Assembly: GCF_009914755.1 (NCBI RefSeq)
Contig: NC_060935.1
Strand: one strand, 5' to 3'
DNA length: 64,000 nt
DNA from: the human T2T-CHM13v2.0 reference genome, Homo sapiens
Shown one piece after another: positions 14,421 through 28,336 of this stretch. The notes beneath the pieces were generated by a model that was not told the origin of the DNA, ran no database searches, and saw only the letters and a program-made list of their open reading frames with translations. The translations under genes were made by a program, and so were the position numbers. The number at the start of each line of letters is the position of its first letter. Position 1 is the first letter of the stretch.

Positions 14421-15871
14421 CAACTCAGTCGATTGATTTTAACACTCACTAATGGGTCACAACTTGCTGTTTGAAAAATATTGCTCTAATCTGAGGAGGT
14501 GATGTCTCTTCTAGTACTAACATTTCTTGAGTCTGAGAATTAATTAGATTTCATGTCTGGCTATGAAATTAGTAACTTCTCACTAGAAAATAGGCAGAGG
14601 GAAGAGGAGCAGTACAAAGCAAGAGGTACGGCAAGGCCTGATGGCTGTGGTCAGATTACTCCCTGAAAGGAGATGGCATTGTCTGTTCTCCACCTTCCTG
14701 CTGCTTCTATTTGGGTCCAGGTAAATTTAGGCCAAATAATTCACTAAAGGGCCGCATGCAGTGTGGAAAGATGTATGAAAGTCAGCAGTGACTGACTTTG
14801 GCCAGTGCTGTGTGTGGGGGAGAAGGGAGTATACAGACCTTCAGTGAGGCTAATAGACTAGAAGAATCATTGAGAAACACTCATATTCTTTAATGCTGTC
14901 CCTGGACTTGGCTGGTCATGGCAACAACATTCTTAGTAAAATTGTTTAACTGTAAGATTTTTTTTAAAAAGCATTTTTTATACAATCTCTGTAATATGGT
15001 ATCAATGTGTATTATGTCTTAATTTATAGGGTGAGTAATCTTTGTCTATTGAAACTCCAGGAATACTTGCTATGAACAGATGTTTCCTATTCCCTTGGCT
15101 TATCAATGCAAAACTAAATAGAAGGCAAAGGGTCATTAATCAAGCCAAAATAAAAGGGACAGGCAGAAACACTGTGAATTTGTGGATCAACAAGAATTTT
15201 GCTAAGCCAAATCATTTGGAGAATTGATTTGCAAGCTAAGGTAAGCTGCTTACGGGAAGGAGTCTTAGTCAATCCAAATCATACCCATATGATTAACTAT
15301 AACACGAAGAAAGGAAAAGAAGGAAGGAAAATGTTCTCTTTCTGTAATTTTATTCTGTTGGGTATTATGAGATGTTCCTAAATGGACAGTCAAACTTCTA
15401 AATGACCATGTAATTCCCCATCTCTGCATGGCAGGAAGAAGAAGAGTATAAATATGCAAAAGCTGTTCCATTTCATGGTCGCATGGATACCAAGCAGATG
15501 GGTAGATGAACATGAAACTATTCTTTATAAACATTGAGGGCCCCTGTCAATCCAAGCTGTATCCATCTGGCTATACAGCTACAGCACTGCTTTATCTAAG
15601 AAAGACAAGAGTGGATTAGAGAAAGCACTATTGAGAGAGAAATCTGTTTGATCTTTGGAGACTAATTAATATTAACATAATAAAATAGCTTTCAATTATA
15701 TAAACTTTGGATTATGCACTCCTGTGGATGAACTCTGGATACTGAAAATCTTTGGATAATGTATTTAAGTGGTCCATTTAATAATCCCAGTGCTACTTAC
15801 TAGCAAGCTACTTAAACTCAAAGATTCCACTTTCTTATCTATAAAAAGGGGATGACATTAATACTACCTGA

Positions 15872-16090
15872 TAGGGCAAGCTTGTCGAACCCACAGCCCA
15901 CAGGCCGCATGCAGACCAGGATGGCTTTGAATGTGGCCCAATAAAAATTGGTAAACTTTCTTAAAATATTAGGAGATTTTTTTTGCCATTTTTTAAAGCT
16001 CATCAGCTATTGTTAGTGTATTTTATGTGTGGCCCAAAACAATTCTTCTTCCAATGTGGCTCAGGGAACCCAAAAGATTAGATAACCCTG
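15872..16090. mobile_element. MER30 hAT-Charlie MITE nested in a MIR (~15780-16190)
   Basis: ggccgcatgcagaccaggatggctttgaatgtggccca...cagggaacccaaaagattagataaccctg. Confidence 0.8.
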
Positions 16091-16589
16091 TCCTCCCGTC
16101 TTAGGGATTTTGTGAACGTGAACTGAAACAATGTTTGCAAAACATTTTGCACAGTGTGTGGCACATAATAAATGTTCAACAATTATAAAAGTAATTATTA
16201 GTAATTTTATTGTTGTCTCACCACTACCTGCTCTTCCTGGGAAATAATTTCTAGCCCTTTTTCCCCTTTCTTTCCATTCCAGTGTCTTATCCAACATTGT
16301 GAACTCTTCATTGCTCTTTGCTTTTCAATCAATAAAAACGCATTTTCCTTCTATGAAGTCTCACTGTTGCCCAGTAAGCCCAGAGAAAGAAAACTCAGAT
16401 GTTAAAAAAGGATAGAGTGTCTGAATGCTTTTTTCACAGGTGACTACTGTATCACTGTTTTCTCTTTCAATCTCTCAGAAGTTGCTGTGGCCTCAAGAGT
16501 CCTTTGGCCATTACTTTTTTTTTCAATAATTTATCCCAATCACTTGAATAATTAAGATGGTGAAATCTGATTATGTGGTATTGCATACT

Positions 16590-17340
16590 CTTAGAATTTA
16601 AGATAATTTAGAGTTCAAATGGCTCATTCTCCTCCATCTTCCTCTGATCCATTACCCATTCCCGGCACCAGCCTCTGGCTTCCATGCAGAATTCTCTCCT
16701 ACAGAACTTCTGGTAGATGGTTCTCCAGCTTTTGTCTAAATGCCCCTCTGCCTTATGAGGCAAAGCCATTTCCTTTTTAGACAGCTGAAGTTGTTATTGA
16801 CTTCTTCTTTAAACTGAGCCCAAATCTAACTCCTTCTCAATAGTCTTCTTTCTGACTTCGGGAGCATGAGAGAGAGAGAGAGAGAGAGAGAGAGGGAAAG
16901 AGGAGAACCTAACTATTCTTTCACATGGTGGCCTTCCAAATATTTGAAAACATTTATTCTGTCTTCCTCTAATCTGATTCAAGCAGTATCATGCTCTGAT
17001 CCTCCCTCTTACATATGTGAAATAATCCCCTAGCATTTTACCGCCCTATCACCCTTCTCCTAAATGCCCTTTTTCTTTAGCTCTACATGGATATATTTTT
17101 ATACATAGCACCTAAGGTTTGAAGCAGTATTCTACTTACAGCTCAACCAGAGAAAAGCAGAGTGTGTTACGCTTCCCTGAGGAAACACTGCTTCTATTCG
17201 CTCAACCTAAAAGGGCTTTCAGAGCTACTTCATTTTGTTAGTAAAATTAACAGGCCACAGAACTCCCAAATATGAACTTCTTCAAATCATGTGAACCTTA
17301 CCTATCCTGTAATTGAACACCTGGATTTAATGTACAGCTG
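16590..17340 (-). mobile_element. L3/CR1 LINE relic with internal (GA)n at 16868-16895
   Basis: gaggcaaagccatttcctttttagacagct...ttcttctttaaactgagcccaaatct resembles CR1/L3 3' region. Confidence 0.55.
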
Positions 17341-17629
17341 TCCACAGAGAAGTCTAAGTTTTCACAAAACAGTTAACAATTTTTATATAACTAAATCCTC
17401 ATCATTTTCTTGCTTGGAGTCAGACAATAGCTTCCAAATACCATCACATTAGGGATTACGGTTTCAACATATAAATTTGGAGGGTTACATATTCAGTCTC
17501 TAATACTACCTTTCCAGCATCATCTCCTCCTGCTCCTTCATAGTGAACACTTGTTCAAGCCTCAGTGAACTTGAAAACTCCTATCCTTTCAGGGTTTTGC
17601 CAAAGTTTGCGCCTCCTCTGTGAGTCATA

Positions 17630-17825
17630 GCGTGGTATGTACTTACTTATCAGTGTATGAGTTTTGGAGCCAGACAGACTTCTGTTCCTTGCTCTACCAC
17701 ATCCTAGCTTTGGAAACTTAGGCACATTTTTTTGACCCCTTTAATCTTTAGTTTCCTCATCTTAAAAATTGAGAAAACGTAATACTGCACAGGGCTATCA
17801 TAAGGATTAAATGATATAATGTGTA
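17630..17825 (+). mobile_element. MIR
   Basis: ttttggagccagacagact...tttcctcatcttaaaaattgag...aaggattaaatga. Confidence 0.75.
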
Positions 17826-18264
17826 TGGTGGACATCAGTCAGGTTTTCTGTTTATCTAGCATATTTTGAGCACCTATGCTGTGTATAGAGTGCCCAGTCT
17901 TATGAGTCCTGTCTATTCATGTGAAAAAAAAAAAGAACACTCCAGCCTCATTACAGCTGGGGCATAGGCATGTAACTGAGGCTCCAGCAACCACATTTAC
18001 TCACCTACCCTAGACTTCAATCCTAAAGAGGTAGCTTGAAGAAGGATGCATATCACGGCGATTATTTTGTTGATGATGCTGTTAGAGACACTTTGTATTT
18101 CAGGGGCTGAGTGGTAGCCAGACTGAATCCTGATACAGCAGTATCAGTCACGGTGATGGCCGTATTCACTGGAGCCAGTTCTGCAGCAAGGTTTTAGATA
18201 TTGCTCCTAGAAACTCAGTCTCAGGCCTGGCTCTTCAGGCAAAAAACTATACAATGTCTTTTCC

Positions 18265-18492
18265 TAATATTTTATATATATATTTATATATTATTATATA
18301 TGTTTCATATATTAACATTTAACTTATATATAAGATATTATATATAATAAGATATATTATAAGATATAGTTATATAAATATAAAATATATATATTATTTA
18401 TATATGATATATATCATATTATTTATATAAGATAAGATTTTTATATATATATATATTAGAGGCAGGGTCTCATTCTGTCACTCAGGCTGGAT
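18265..18492 (-). repeat. (TA)-rich low-complexity tract plus ~35-bp Alu 3' remnant
   Basis: ~190 bp of degenerate TA repeats followed by agaggcagggtctcattctgtcactcaggctgga. Confidence 0.85.
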
Positions 18493-19059
18493 AAAACTCC
18501 TTTTCTGCATGATCATAGTCTGCCTCTGTTGCTTGCAACTATGACCCTTGACTGATGCAACAAGGTATTTAAAATGGTGCTTTACATAAAGAAAGTGGAT
18601 ACCAAAAGTTCTTTCCTCTATGATGTTGGCCCAAGGCCAGTCATTCCTCAAGTTTCCAGAACACTTTGACATACCTCCAGTGGATGCCTATCACTGTGAA
18701 ACTATGGGTATTTGCACACATGTTTGTTGATACCTGGACTGGGCCTCATTGAGGGCAGGAATCCCATCTTACTCACTTCACATCTTCAGTGCCCAGCAAA
18801 GGACCTGGCAAATCGTGAGTGTTCAATAAATGTAACTGAGTGCACTGTTCAATCGTGACTCTACCTAACTGTACTTCATTCAGTCTACAGTCCATTTGAT
18901 GTAATAAAATATCCTGAGAAATTTTGTCAAACACTGAGCTGAAATAAGATTGCTAGGACTACAGCATTTCCGCCAAGCCAGCAACATATTAAAAAAAAAC
19001 AAAATGATGTCTGTTTGGCAAAATAGACTTTAAATACATACACACATACACACACACAC

Positions 19060-20830
19060 ATTTTTATTTCTCAACAAAACAAGATACACCCTCCTTGTAA
19101 GAAGATTGAGAAATTCAAAAAAGTATAGAGATGAAACAAACATTAGTTATAATCTTATTACCCAGATATAATCTGGGTTTTTTTGTATTCCGATTCAATC
19201 TTTTTTCCCAGATGTATTTTTGATAGCTGAGATCATAAAGTTATATTTACAGCTTTGTATTTTATATTTTACTTAAATTTTTGTCATAAAGTTTTCTCAA
19301 ACCTCCAAGTATTTTTGCAAATATCATAATGTGTCATATAGATTACAAGGAGGATGTGTTTAATGGAATGATTTGCAAGCTGTGTTGTCAAAGTCATAGA
19401 GTTCTTTGGAGTTCTCTCTGCAAGATCTACTGCAAAGAGCCCAGGAAGGACTCGGTGGGTGGACACACTCCAGACTTTGCCATCCTCAGAACAGATCTGC
19501 TAAGTGTCTTAAATATTACAGTTCTAAGTAAGATTTTGTTACTTAGAAAGTAACAAAAGACTTGGAAAGACTTCCATTGGATTTTCTCAAAAGTTTGAAA
19601 ATCTCTAATTATCATTCCAGCATTATTTAACGTTCAGGTTATTTCTAGGTTTTTGATAATATAAATAATTCAGAGATCAATTTATCATACTTACCTAATT
19701 TTTAAAATTTCCTTAAAATAGAATCCTAAATTGTGAATTAATGAACAAATCTGGAAGTGTGAAGGCCCGTAGTATATATTTACAATTTTCTTTCCAGACA
19801 GTTATACTGATTTATGTTCCTGCCAACTGTAAAACACAACCAAACTCTAGTACTATTGCAATCTTTTTCAGTCTTTTGCTATTTTCCTGCTTCTTTTTTC
19901 TTTTAAATTTATTTTTAATTGACAAATAAAAATTGTATATGTTTATTATGTATAACATGTTGCTTTGAAACATGTATATATTGTGGAATAGGCTAAATTG
20001 AGCTAATTAACATGTATTACCTCACAAACACCGTTTTTCAATGATGAGAATGCCAAAAATCTACCCTTTTAGCAATTTTCAAAAACATAATATGTTATTA
20101 ATTATAGCCACCATATTGAACAATATATCTCTTAATTTTATTCCCCTCATTTAACTGAAATTTTATCACTATTAAAAGGCAAAAAAACTTTAATTAACTT
20201 AATTTGCATTCAAATAATTTTTCCCATTAATTTTCCATGATGTCTTATTTATACACTGAAGTATATTTCCGAGTTTTTTTCTGATGTTCCAATGATCTTT
20301 GTGTCCAGTTTTGTCCTGGTAGCACACTATTTCAGTTATTATAGTCTTGTAATATGTTTTGCTTTTAGGAACCAGAAGTCTCATTCTATTTGTTTTTTGT
20401 AATTTTATTAACAAAATTTCTTTTGGATATTCTTAATACTCCTCTAGAAGAAATTTAAACTATTCTTTTCTGCAGAGGAAAAAAAGTCATTGAGATTTTC
20501 ATTGAAGTAACATTAAAATATTAAATAAATTGTAAGAATTTACATATTTAAATGTTAGGTATTCTCATCCAATGGCATGGCATATTTTTTCAAATACATA
20601 AGTCATCTTTTATATCCCTTATTAATATTTTGCTGTGTTACTTCTCTAGGTTCTAGTTTATTTCTTACAAGCATGCACATAGGTAGATTAAGTTTTGTTG
20701 CTCTTGTAAAGGGCATTGTTTCCATTATGATTTCCAGTTGTTCACTTCTAGTATATAAAAAAACTACTGGTTTTTACACATTTATTTTATATCATAAATA
20801 TTATAAATCAGGTTTGCTGAAAAACTTTTT
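19060..20830 (-). mobile_element. Old L1ME relic with an L1MA 3'-end insert (~19890-20165)
   Basis: ORF 20199-20414 (KTYYKTIITEIVCYQ) is ORF2-like; L1MA 3' end tttaattgacaaataaaaattgtatatg. Confidence 0.65.
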
Positions 20831-23682
20831 TATGAACCTAAGTTCATTCATTATTTATTCACTGAGCATCCCTCTCTGCCAGACAGTATGAATATTCTTA
20901 TCCATCTACATTTTATTCCTGCAGGTTTGTAAACCAGATATTTTTAGAATGTACCTTAAAATTTTCTACAAAATCAAGCTCTAATCCCTTGTTATGGCTT
21001 CCAGGCCAGGCCTTTTCTATCTCAGTTCTAGCCTGTCCTTCCAGGTCACCCCATGCCATTTTCTTCCACACATCCTCCACCCCACCTACTCAGACGGACA
21101 CTGTAATTCTTTCATAACTCCATTATGCATTTTTGCCTGCCTGTGATGCTCTTTCCCACTTGATTACTGGGGAATTCCTATTCATTATTTAGAGACTAAC
21201 TCAAACGTTACCTCCTGTCTACAGCTACCCTGACCACATATTCAGACAGAATTAATTTCTCTCTCATTTGTATTCACATAGCAGTATACACATGCCTCCA
21301 TTATGATACAGGTCACATCATATTCTACTTATTTTTTCACATCTCTGTCTCCCCTTAAGAGGCTGTGGCTTCCTTCAGAGCAGGATCAATATCTTACTCA
21401 TCCTTGTACCCTCAGTAGTCAATTTTTTTTGGAATAAGTAAGATAATCAGTTAATTTATTATTTTATGATTTGAATAGAAATTAGTGATTTATTGTTTCT
21501 GGAACCTACCATTTTTTCTCACTTGGAATTGTGACATTCTCTCATTTCTATCCATGTGAGTCATCTGACATTCTCTATGATTTCCAAAAGATTATCATTC
21601 ATAGCCCTGAGGTCACATCTAAAATCTCTTCACTGTTCTATAAAATCAAGTATCTGGAGCTAGAACTTAAATAATTTGGATTAGAACTCTAAGTGTCTAC
21701 TAATGCCCTGCATACATCTTTGGCTTAAGTGTCTTGTTTGTGATGCGGAATTTTCCCTTTTTAATAGAAAGACCATCTTACTTGTTCTAAAATGGAAGGA
21801 AAATGGGAGTGAAAATCAATTAATTCAAGTATTTATTCAGTATATATTTATTAAAATATAATTCATGAGAACATAGTCTATCTGGGGCAGTAGGTATAAG
21901 CACCAAAGTAAAGGCAGAATATGACAAGAGCTATGCCAGAGGCATGAACACGGTGCCATGGAAAAGAACAACCGATTTCCAGCTGGGAAAAAGATTTCTA
22001 GCTGGGAAATAGATTTCTTGGAAGAGATAGATTAAGCTTAGGTTTGTAGGTTGGGGAAAGAATATTCCAGGCAAAAGTGTTCAGCCTTTCTTAACTGTAG
22101 TTTAAAATATAAAAGAATTTATTTTAACAAGGATGTTTGTCAATTAATTAAATGGTGGTCAAATAACAATACAAGAAAAATCAAATATTCTTTCAATGTT
22201 TTGTTTCTGTAAATAACACCTCCACCCACCCAGTTGCTCATCCTAAAGTTCATCCTTGACACCCTCTTTCCGTATCCCCAGTCTGCTCTCAGTCACCAAG
22301 GCCCACTCAATCTAACTCCCAAATGTCTCTCAAATATGCCAATTGTTTATGATACCCATTGCCACCACCCAAAGCCTCCTCTTTCTCCTGAACTGCTGAC
22401 ATAGCCACCTAATCAATCTCCCAGATCCACTCTTGCTGCCTTCAAGCCACTTTCCATACTGAAATAACAGGTCTCTTTCATAAAATGCAAGTCATATCAA
22501 CCCTTGTCTTAAAACCCTCTAGTGGCCTCCCATTGTCCTTAAACACAGTGGGCTATAGTTTTTTCTTCTTTATATGGTTCTTGGGTTTTTTAATAAGTAA
22601 ACTTAATTTTGTAAATACACAAGTTGTTTGGAAGTCAGTGAGTAACAGTGCAAAGATCCTATAATTTAAAGGCAAAGGACCTAGGTTCATGTCAAAGTTC
22701 CATCACTTAAAAGATGTATGACCTTGGGAAAGTTACTTAGCCTTTCTAATTTTTTTCTCATCAGTAAAATGGGTGTAATAACGATCCCCATATAACATAT
22801 TGGTACAAAGAATAAATGAAATAATATATGTAAAAAAATTCTGCAACCTATAACCCATTATGCAAATGTTGCATAGTAACAATATCATCACCTAATAAGA
22901 AACATCTGCTAGCAGGTAAATGAAGAAAGCATTACTTAGGACATGAAAGAGTTAGCATGAACTAATAGTTGGGAAAAGCCCAAGTCCAAATACAGAAAAA
23001 AAAAATTTAATGAATTACTTTTAATATGCAGGAGATAAAGGAGTTCAAGACAGTGAAAAAAACGAGCCAAATGCTAAATATTTAAGGAGTGAGCAACATG
23101 AAAGATTAATCACTTACTTCTAAAGAACCTGAGATTGTACTATATTTTTTCTTCTTAATTTTTTTTATTTTACACCTTATTTGGAATATAGCACACTATT
23201 ACTGATATTTTTTAATTACTTGTAAATATTTCAATATTATCGTCAGTATTGTGGGCAGGTGAGTATTATTTTTCTTTGAATGGGCTATTTTAAAACATTT
23301 ACTGCATTGCTGACTATAATTTAATAATGCCTGAAGACAGATTTTTTTTCCTACAGGACTAATCCCCAATTCAATAATGAAATTCAGCAGGAAAATTTAG
23401 GGTTGCTTTAATGGAAATTAATTTTATGGCTTATAAAGAAAACAGAAATGCATTTACCTCATCAAACAAGAGACAAGTGTACTTGGAAAACCTTTTCTCC
23501 ATGTGACATGAATACCAAGCAGGTTGAATTGATGAAGCAGCATTTAGCTAACCATGCTACTTTTCCTCTTTTATATTCTCTCTGCCTTTAATTCAGGTAA
23601 CAGTGGAAAGCTGGAACTTGGCCATTTTCCTGCACAGTTCCCTTATGCAGAACCTTTTTCCGCTGAGGTGAAGGAATTCCTC

Positions 23683-23698
23683 TGCTGCCATCTAGTGC
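23683..23698 (-). promoter_or_regulatory. CTCF-like motif
   Basis: Reverse complement GCACTAGATGGCAGCA, one mismatch to common CCACTAGATGGCAGCA, in non-repeat DNA. Confidence 0.4.
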
Positions 23699-24678
23699 TT
23701 CTTAGAAAGACCTTTGCCAGTTTTAGTCAGATGGGTTGGTTTATATTTAGCTCCAAGTGTGGGATGGAGGGAAATGGGGGTGGGAATGGCAGAAAACTAA
23801 AACTTTTTTAGACTTTTTTTTTAAATCTATTGCATTAATTAGTAAGAGATTCTGAGTCACAGAGAACATTTATGGGCTTCTGAGCTAAATGTTTTATTTG
23901 CCTTTTTATATGAGCTACTTGAATACTGTATAAAGACTTGACAGAATTTCAAGTTCAAAAGATTGATGAGAGAGGTTGGGGTGAGCAGCCTCTCGTTTCT
24001 TAAATTGTTCCATATAAGCATTTTTTAATGTACTGACATTCATAAAGCTGCTCAATCCAGAAGCCTGGGAGTCATCTTTGACATTTTCTTCTCCCTCATG
24101 GCTCCATCATCCATCCAACACAATAACACACACACAATAACACACAAACACAAATACACACACAAACTCTAAAAACGGTGGATTCCAGCTCCTAAAAGTC
24201 TCTCAAATCCATCAACTTCCTCGATTACCATTGACATTACACATGATATAACCTAAACATACTCATTAACATGAATTGGAATCATCCTTTACCCTCCTAA
24301 TTTATCTCCTCATATCTAATATTCATGCAGCAACCAGAAATAACTTTGTTTAAAAAAAAACAAATGAAAAAATAAATTTGATCTATTGAAGTCCTGCTTA
24401 ATATTCTTCAGTGATTTTTCTTTGATTTTAAGATAAATTCCAGACATTTTAACATAACCTAAAAATCTTTATGTGATCTGACCTCTGCCCAGATGATCTC
24501 CTGCCATTCTCCATCCATCCCTGTGTCACTGACACCAATCCTCTCTATTTATCCAAAGGACTAATCTTCTTATAGCCTCGGGGCCTTTGAACATGCTGTG
24601 CCCTGTGTCTATTCTGCATTCTGTCTTCTCACTAATCACAAGCCATCTTTATACTTTGTTACTTAATATCTATTTCTA

Positions 24679-24980
24679 GGCCAGGTGGGATGGCTCACGC
24701 CTGTAATCCCAGCACTTTGGGAGGCTGAGGTGGGCAGATCGCTTGAGGTCAGGAGTTCAAAATCAGCCAGGTCAACATGGTGAAACCCTGTCTCTACTAA
24801 AAACACAAAAATTAGCCAGGCATGGTGGCTCACACCTGTAATCTCAGCTGCTACTTGGGAGGCTGAGGCAGGAGAATTGTTTGAACCCAGAAGGTGAAGG
24901 TTGCAGTGAGCCAAGATCGCACAACTGAGCTCCAGCCTGGGAGACAGAGTGAGACTCCAGCTCCAAAAAAAAAAAAAAAA
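24679..24980 (+). mobile_element. AluS
   Basis: Alu dimer with polyA, within L2 fragments (~24050-25100). Confidence 0.95.
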
Positions 24981-27578
24981 CCCTATCTCTAAGCTCAAAT
25001 TTTAAAGCCTATGAAGTCAGGTAACAAGTCTGTCTTATTCATTTCTATATTCAGGCCAAGATTGGCAATTAGTAAAAAATTTGCTAAATGAGTTAAAGAA
25101 TTCATTATTGCCTCCTATAATTTTCGATTATTTTAAACAAGCTTCTTGCCTAAAGAGTAAGCTCCTCAAGGCAAACAGTCATCAAATTCTAATAAGACCT
25201 AAGGTTGGAGACAGTGGCAGAGATGACTCAGACATGACTTGACAACGTAGTGGTGATAGAGCATGTAAACAAGTAACTGTAATACAACATTCAGAAGCGC
25301 CATGACACGCAATCTGCACACGTTTCTTTGAAAACAAGGAGGAGGAAGGGTTCATTCAGCTTAGCTGAATCCGGGCAGACATGGAAAAGAAGGTAAAATT
25401 TAAGCTGAAGTTTTGACGAACAAGGAAGAGTTCACAAGTAGCAAATCGGTGAAGGATGACTAAGGGGGTAAAGAAGGATGGCTAAGGGGGTAAAGTCAGA
25501 GACATGAGAAATAAACAATGGTATAGTGTAGGAAAAGGATGGACAAATGTCTTTTTCTCCACGGGAACCTCCATCCCAGTTAATTAAATGCATAAATAGA
25601 CATTTAATCAACACTTGTGATTTGACTTTTGGAGAATGGTGAGAAATGTGGGAGTAACAATATTTATGGTATCTTGGCAAAGTCAGAATAAGAGACTAAA
25701 TAGAACTAGCTTTCTTCCATCTTTAATATTCAACAACATTGAAACAATTGTACTTGATACTACTCTAAGGAAATGCCAATAAAAACATCATTGCCTGAGC
25801 TCCCCGTGTGTTTGATCAAATGAGCTTACATTTGAAACCTCTCTGAAAAAGGGTTGTAAAGGGTTGTGAGCTCCAGCTAAACATGTACTCACAAAATTAA
25901 ACCTAAATTTTTTCCCCGGTGAACACCATTCTCTAGAGATATCTTCAAGTTGGCACTCCTTTTTTCTCTAGCTTCCTGTATTTCTGCCCTGAGAGGATGA
26001 GAGAGTGGCATTCTCTTGGCTCTCTGCTAACACCTCTAAGCCAATCTTCAATCACCCTCCTTTGAAAGTCAAGTCATGTCTTTACAGCACCTTTTACTAC
26101 TCTTTGGCATGCTTTTATCCAATAATAATAAGCATCAGATTTCTCTATTCTTAACTATTATTTCCTAAATCAAAACATAAATATAGATTTAACCAATTAA
26201 TTGCACTTAAGAAATCTAGTCTCACTCTAAATCTCTTTTGCTTAGAATTAAGTTCCAGAAAGCCAATCCCTCATTGTTTCCTCAATTTTTGGAGAATTGA
26301 AAATGTCAACAAAGGAAGTCAAGTTATTTATATTTCAAAAAGAGAAATGTTTAGTACTATACATACATTCTCAATTGTCTAAATAAGATACAAGAAAAAA
26401 ATCACATAATTGCTGTTTATATGGAAAAAATTGGAGGAAGAGACCCTGTTTATGCAAAGTTTCTCTCTCTAAAGTAGCAAATTAAGCTCCTAGTAGTAGG
26501 CAAGAATCAAGAGCAAATTGCAAAAGTGTGATGCTTTGCTTATGTAATGATTTTAAGTAAACAGAAAACAATTGAAAGCCATAATTATGGGTATCTTAGG
26601 TAAAGAACTTCTACTGTTTTCATAGTTAGGACTCACCATTCTTTTGTATGATTTGGTTCTTGCTTCCACGCATCCAGTTAATATTAGTGAAATTTATTAG
26701 AGAAAGCATTATATATGCTGTACTGAAGACAAACTATCACATTAACGTTGCGTTTATGTCTATGCGTGAGAATTGTATTTCTGTGCCTAAGAACTTTGGG
26801 GTAGGATTCATTATTCCTGCTCTGATATTGACACTCTCTCTTTCAACAGAAATGGACCTTTTACAATATTGAATGGATCTCAGAGAAGATAATGAGGGAG
26901 GCTATAGTTCTCTAGGACTGAGAGAACAGCTTAGCACATGGGATAGGATTGGATTGAACATCACAGGCATGAGTTCTCAGCCCAACACTGCCTCAACTGG
27001 CTACAAGGCTTTGGACAAGTCCCTTGAGAAATGGAGTCTGGGCCTAGAAGGAGAAGATGGCTCCAAGAGTCCTTCCAGCCTCAAACTACCAGGCTATTCT
27101 TCCAATATTTAGGCTAGAAATACTTCAGTTTTCAGGATCTAGCCTTCAGCTGCAACTGATGGCTAAAATGAAGGAGCACTTTAATGATTTAAGAAGCTAT
27201 TCAGTTGTCATAAAAAAGTAATTTTGTTTCTTCCAAAGCTCCAGATTAGTATGGAGATTTTTCTGCTGAGTCTTATTTTTAAAAGGCATTATGCACATCA
27301 AGACTGACATAGCCATAAGGAATTGTAGAAATTTTAATATCTGTTGATGTGGATGAGAAACTAAAATTTCCATATTTAAAACTGTCATTTGACTTTTAAA
27401 TGGATCACATTAAATTACTGTCAGAAATGTTCAATATTTTCTCATCTATATACGATTGTTTCTTGGTAGATGAAAGCTGCAATCTGGTTTCTTTGGCTAC
27501 ATGGCCATTTTTTCAGTTTGTCCCCAAACTTGCTACCAAGCTTGTCCCCAAAGCAAGAGGATGAGATTAAGTGACTGT

Positions 27579-27579
<1 letters not shown>

Positions 27580-27631
<52 letters not shown>

Positions 27632-27667
27632 GGAAGAGAGGAAGAGACTGAGAGGAAGAGAGAGAGA
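27580..27667. repeat. (TG)n(AG)n compound microsatellite
   Basis: Directly visible. Confidence 0.95.
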
Positions 27668-28336
27668 AATAGCAGCAGCAAGGTAAGATAATATCTCAAA
27701 AAGGTATATTTTATTTATTTTGTCTGTTTTTGTTTTTTTTGAAGAAAGGTATATTTTTAAAATAAGGTTATTTCCCAAAACTATATGAATTTTTTAAATG
27801 ACACACATAAGGAGAATATTTAAAATAAGAAGCCCAATAATATTTTGTTCAAAGACCTTCCAGTTGCATTTTTGTATATTTATAATGTAGCAATTGGGAT
27901 TCAGGGAGTCAGGATTGATTTTTTTTTTCACCCAACATTATGAGAAAAAGTGAGAAATACATAATCCTACCTTAGCCCTCTTAGGCCAAATACAAAAAAA
28001 GAAAAAAAAATAGAAATGAGTTAAAACCTAATTTCTGTTCGGAATGTAATGTTTTGTGAAAGAGATGCAGACTTGGGGGGAAAATATTATTTTTGAGAGA
28101 ACTGTAGAGGTAATTTGCAAATCAAAGCAGATGTTACTTATACTTTGTCTCATTTTTTTGTTACCATCCCTTTCTCCAACAGATCCAAGCATAGTTATCA
28201 GCACATATTAGGTTTAAATATTTCTTGATTGAGTGCTTGCTAAAAGTAATAAATATCCAAACTTAATTAGCAATAAGTAGTTTATCTAAATATCCAGCTA
28301 GAAAGAAGATGGAAAAGTGTAATAATTCTTGCAAGA

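Noticed and set aside
25301-25313. ATGACACGCAA match to U6 snRNA
   Set aside because: Only 11 nt; flanks do not match U6
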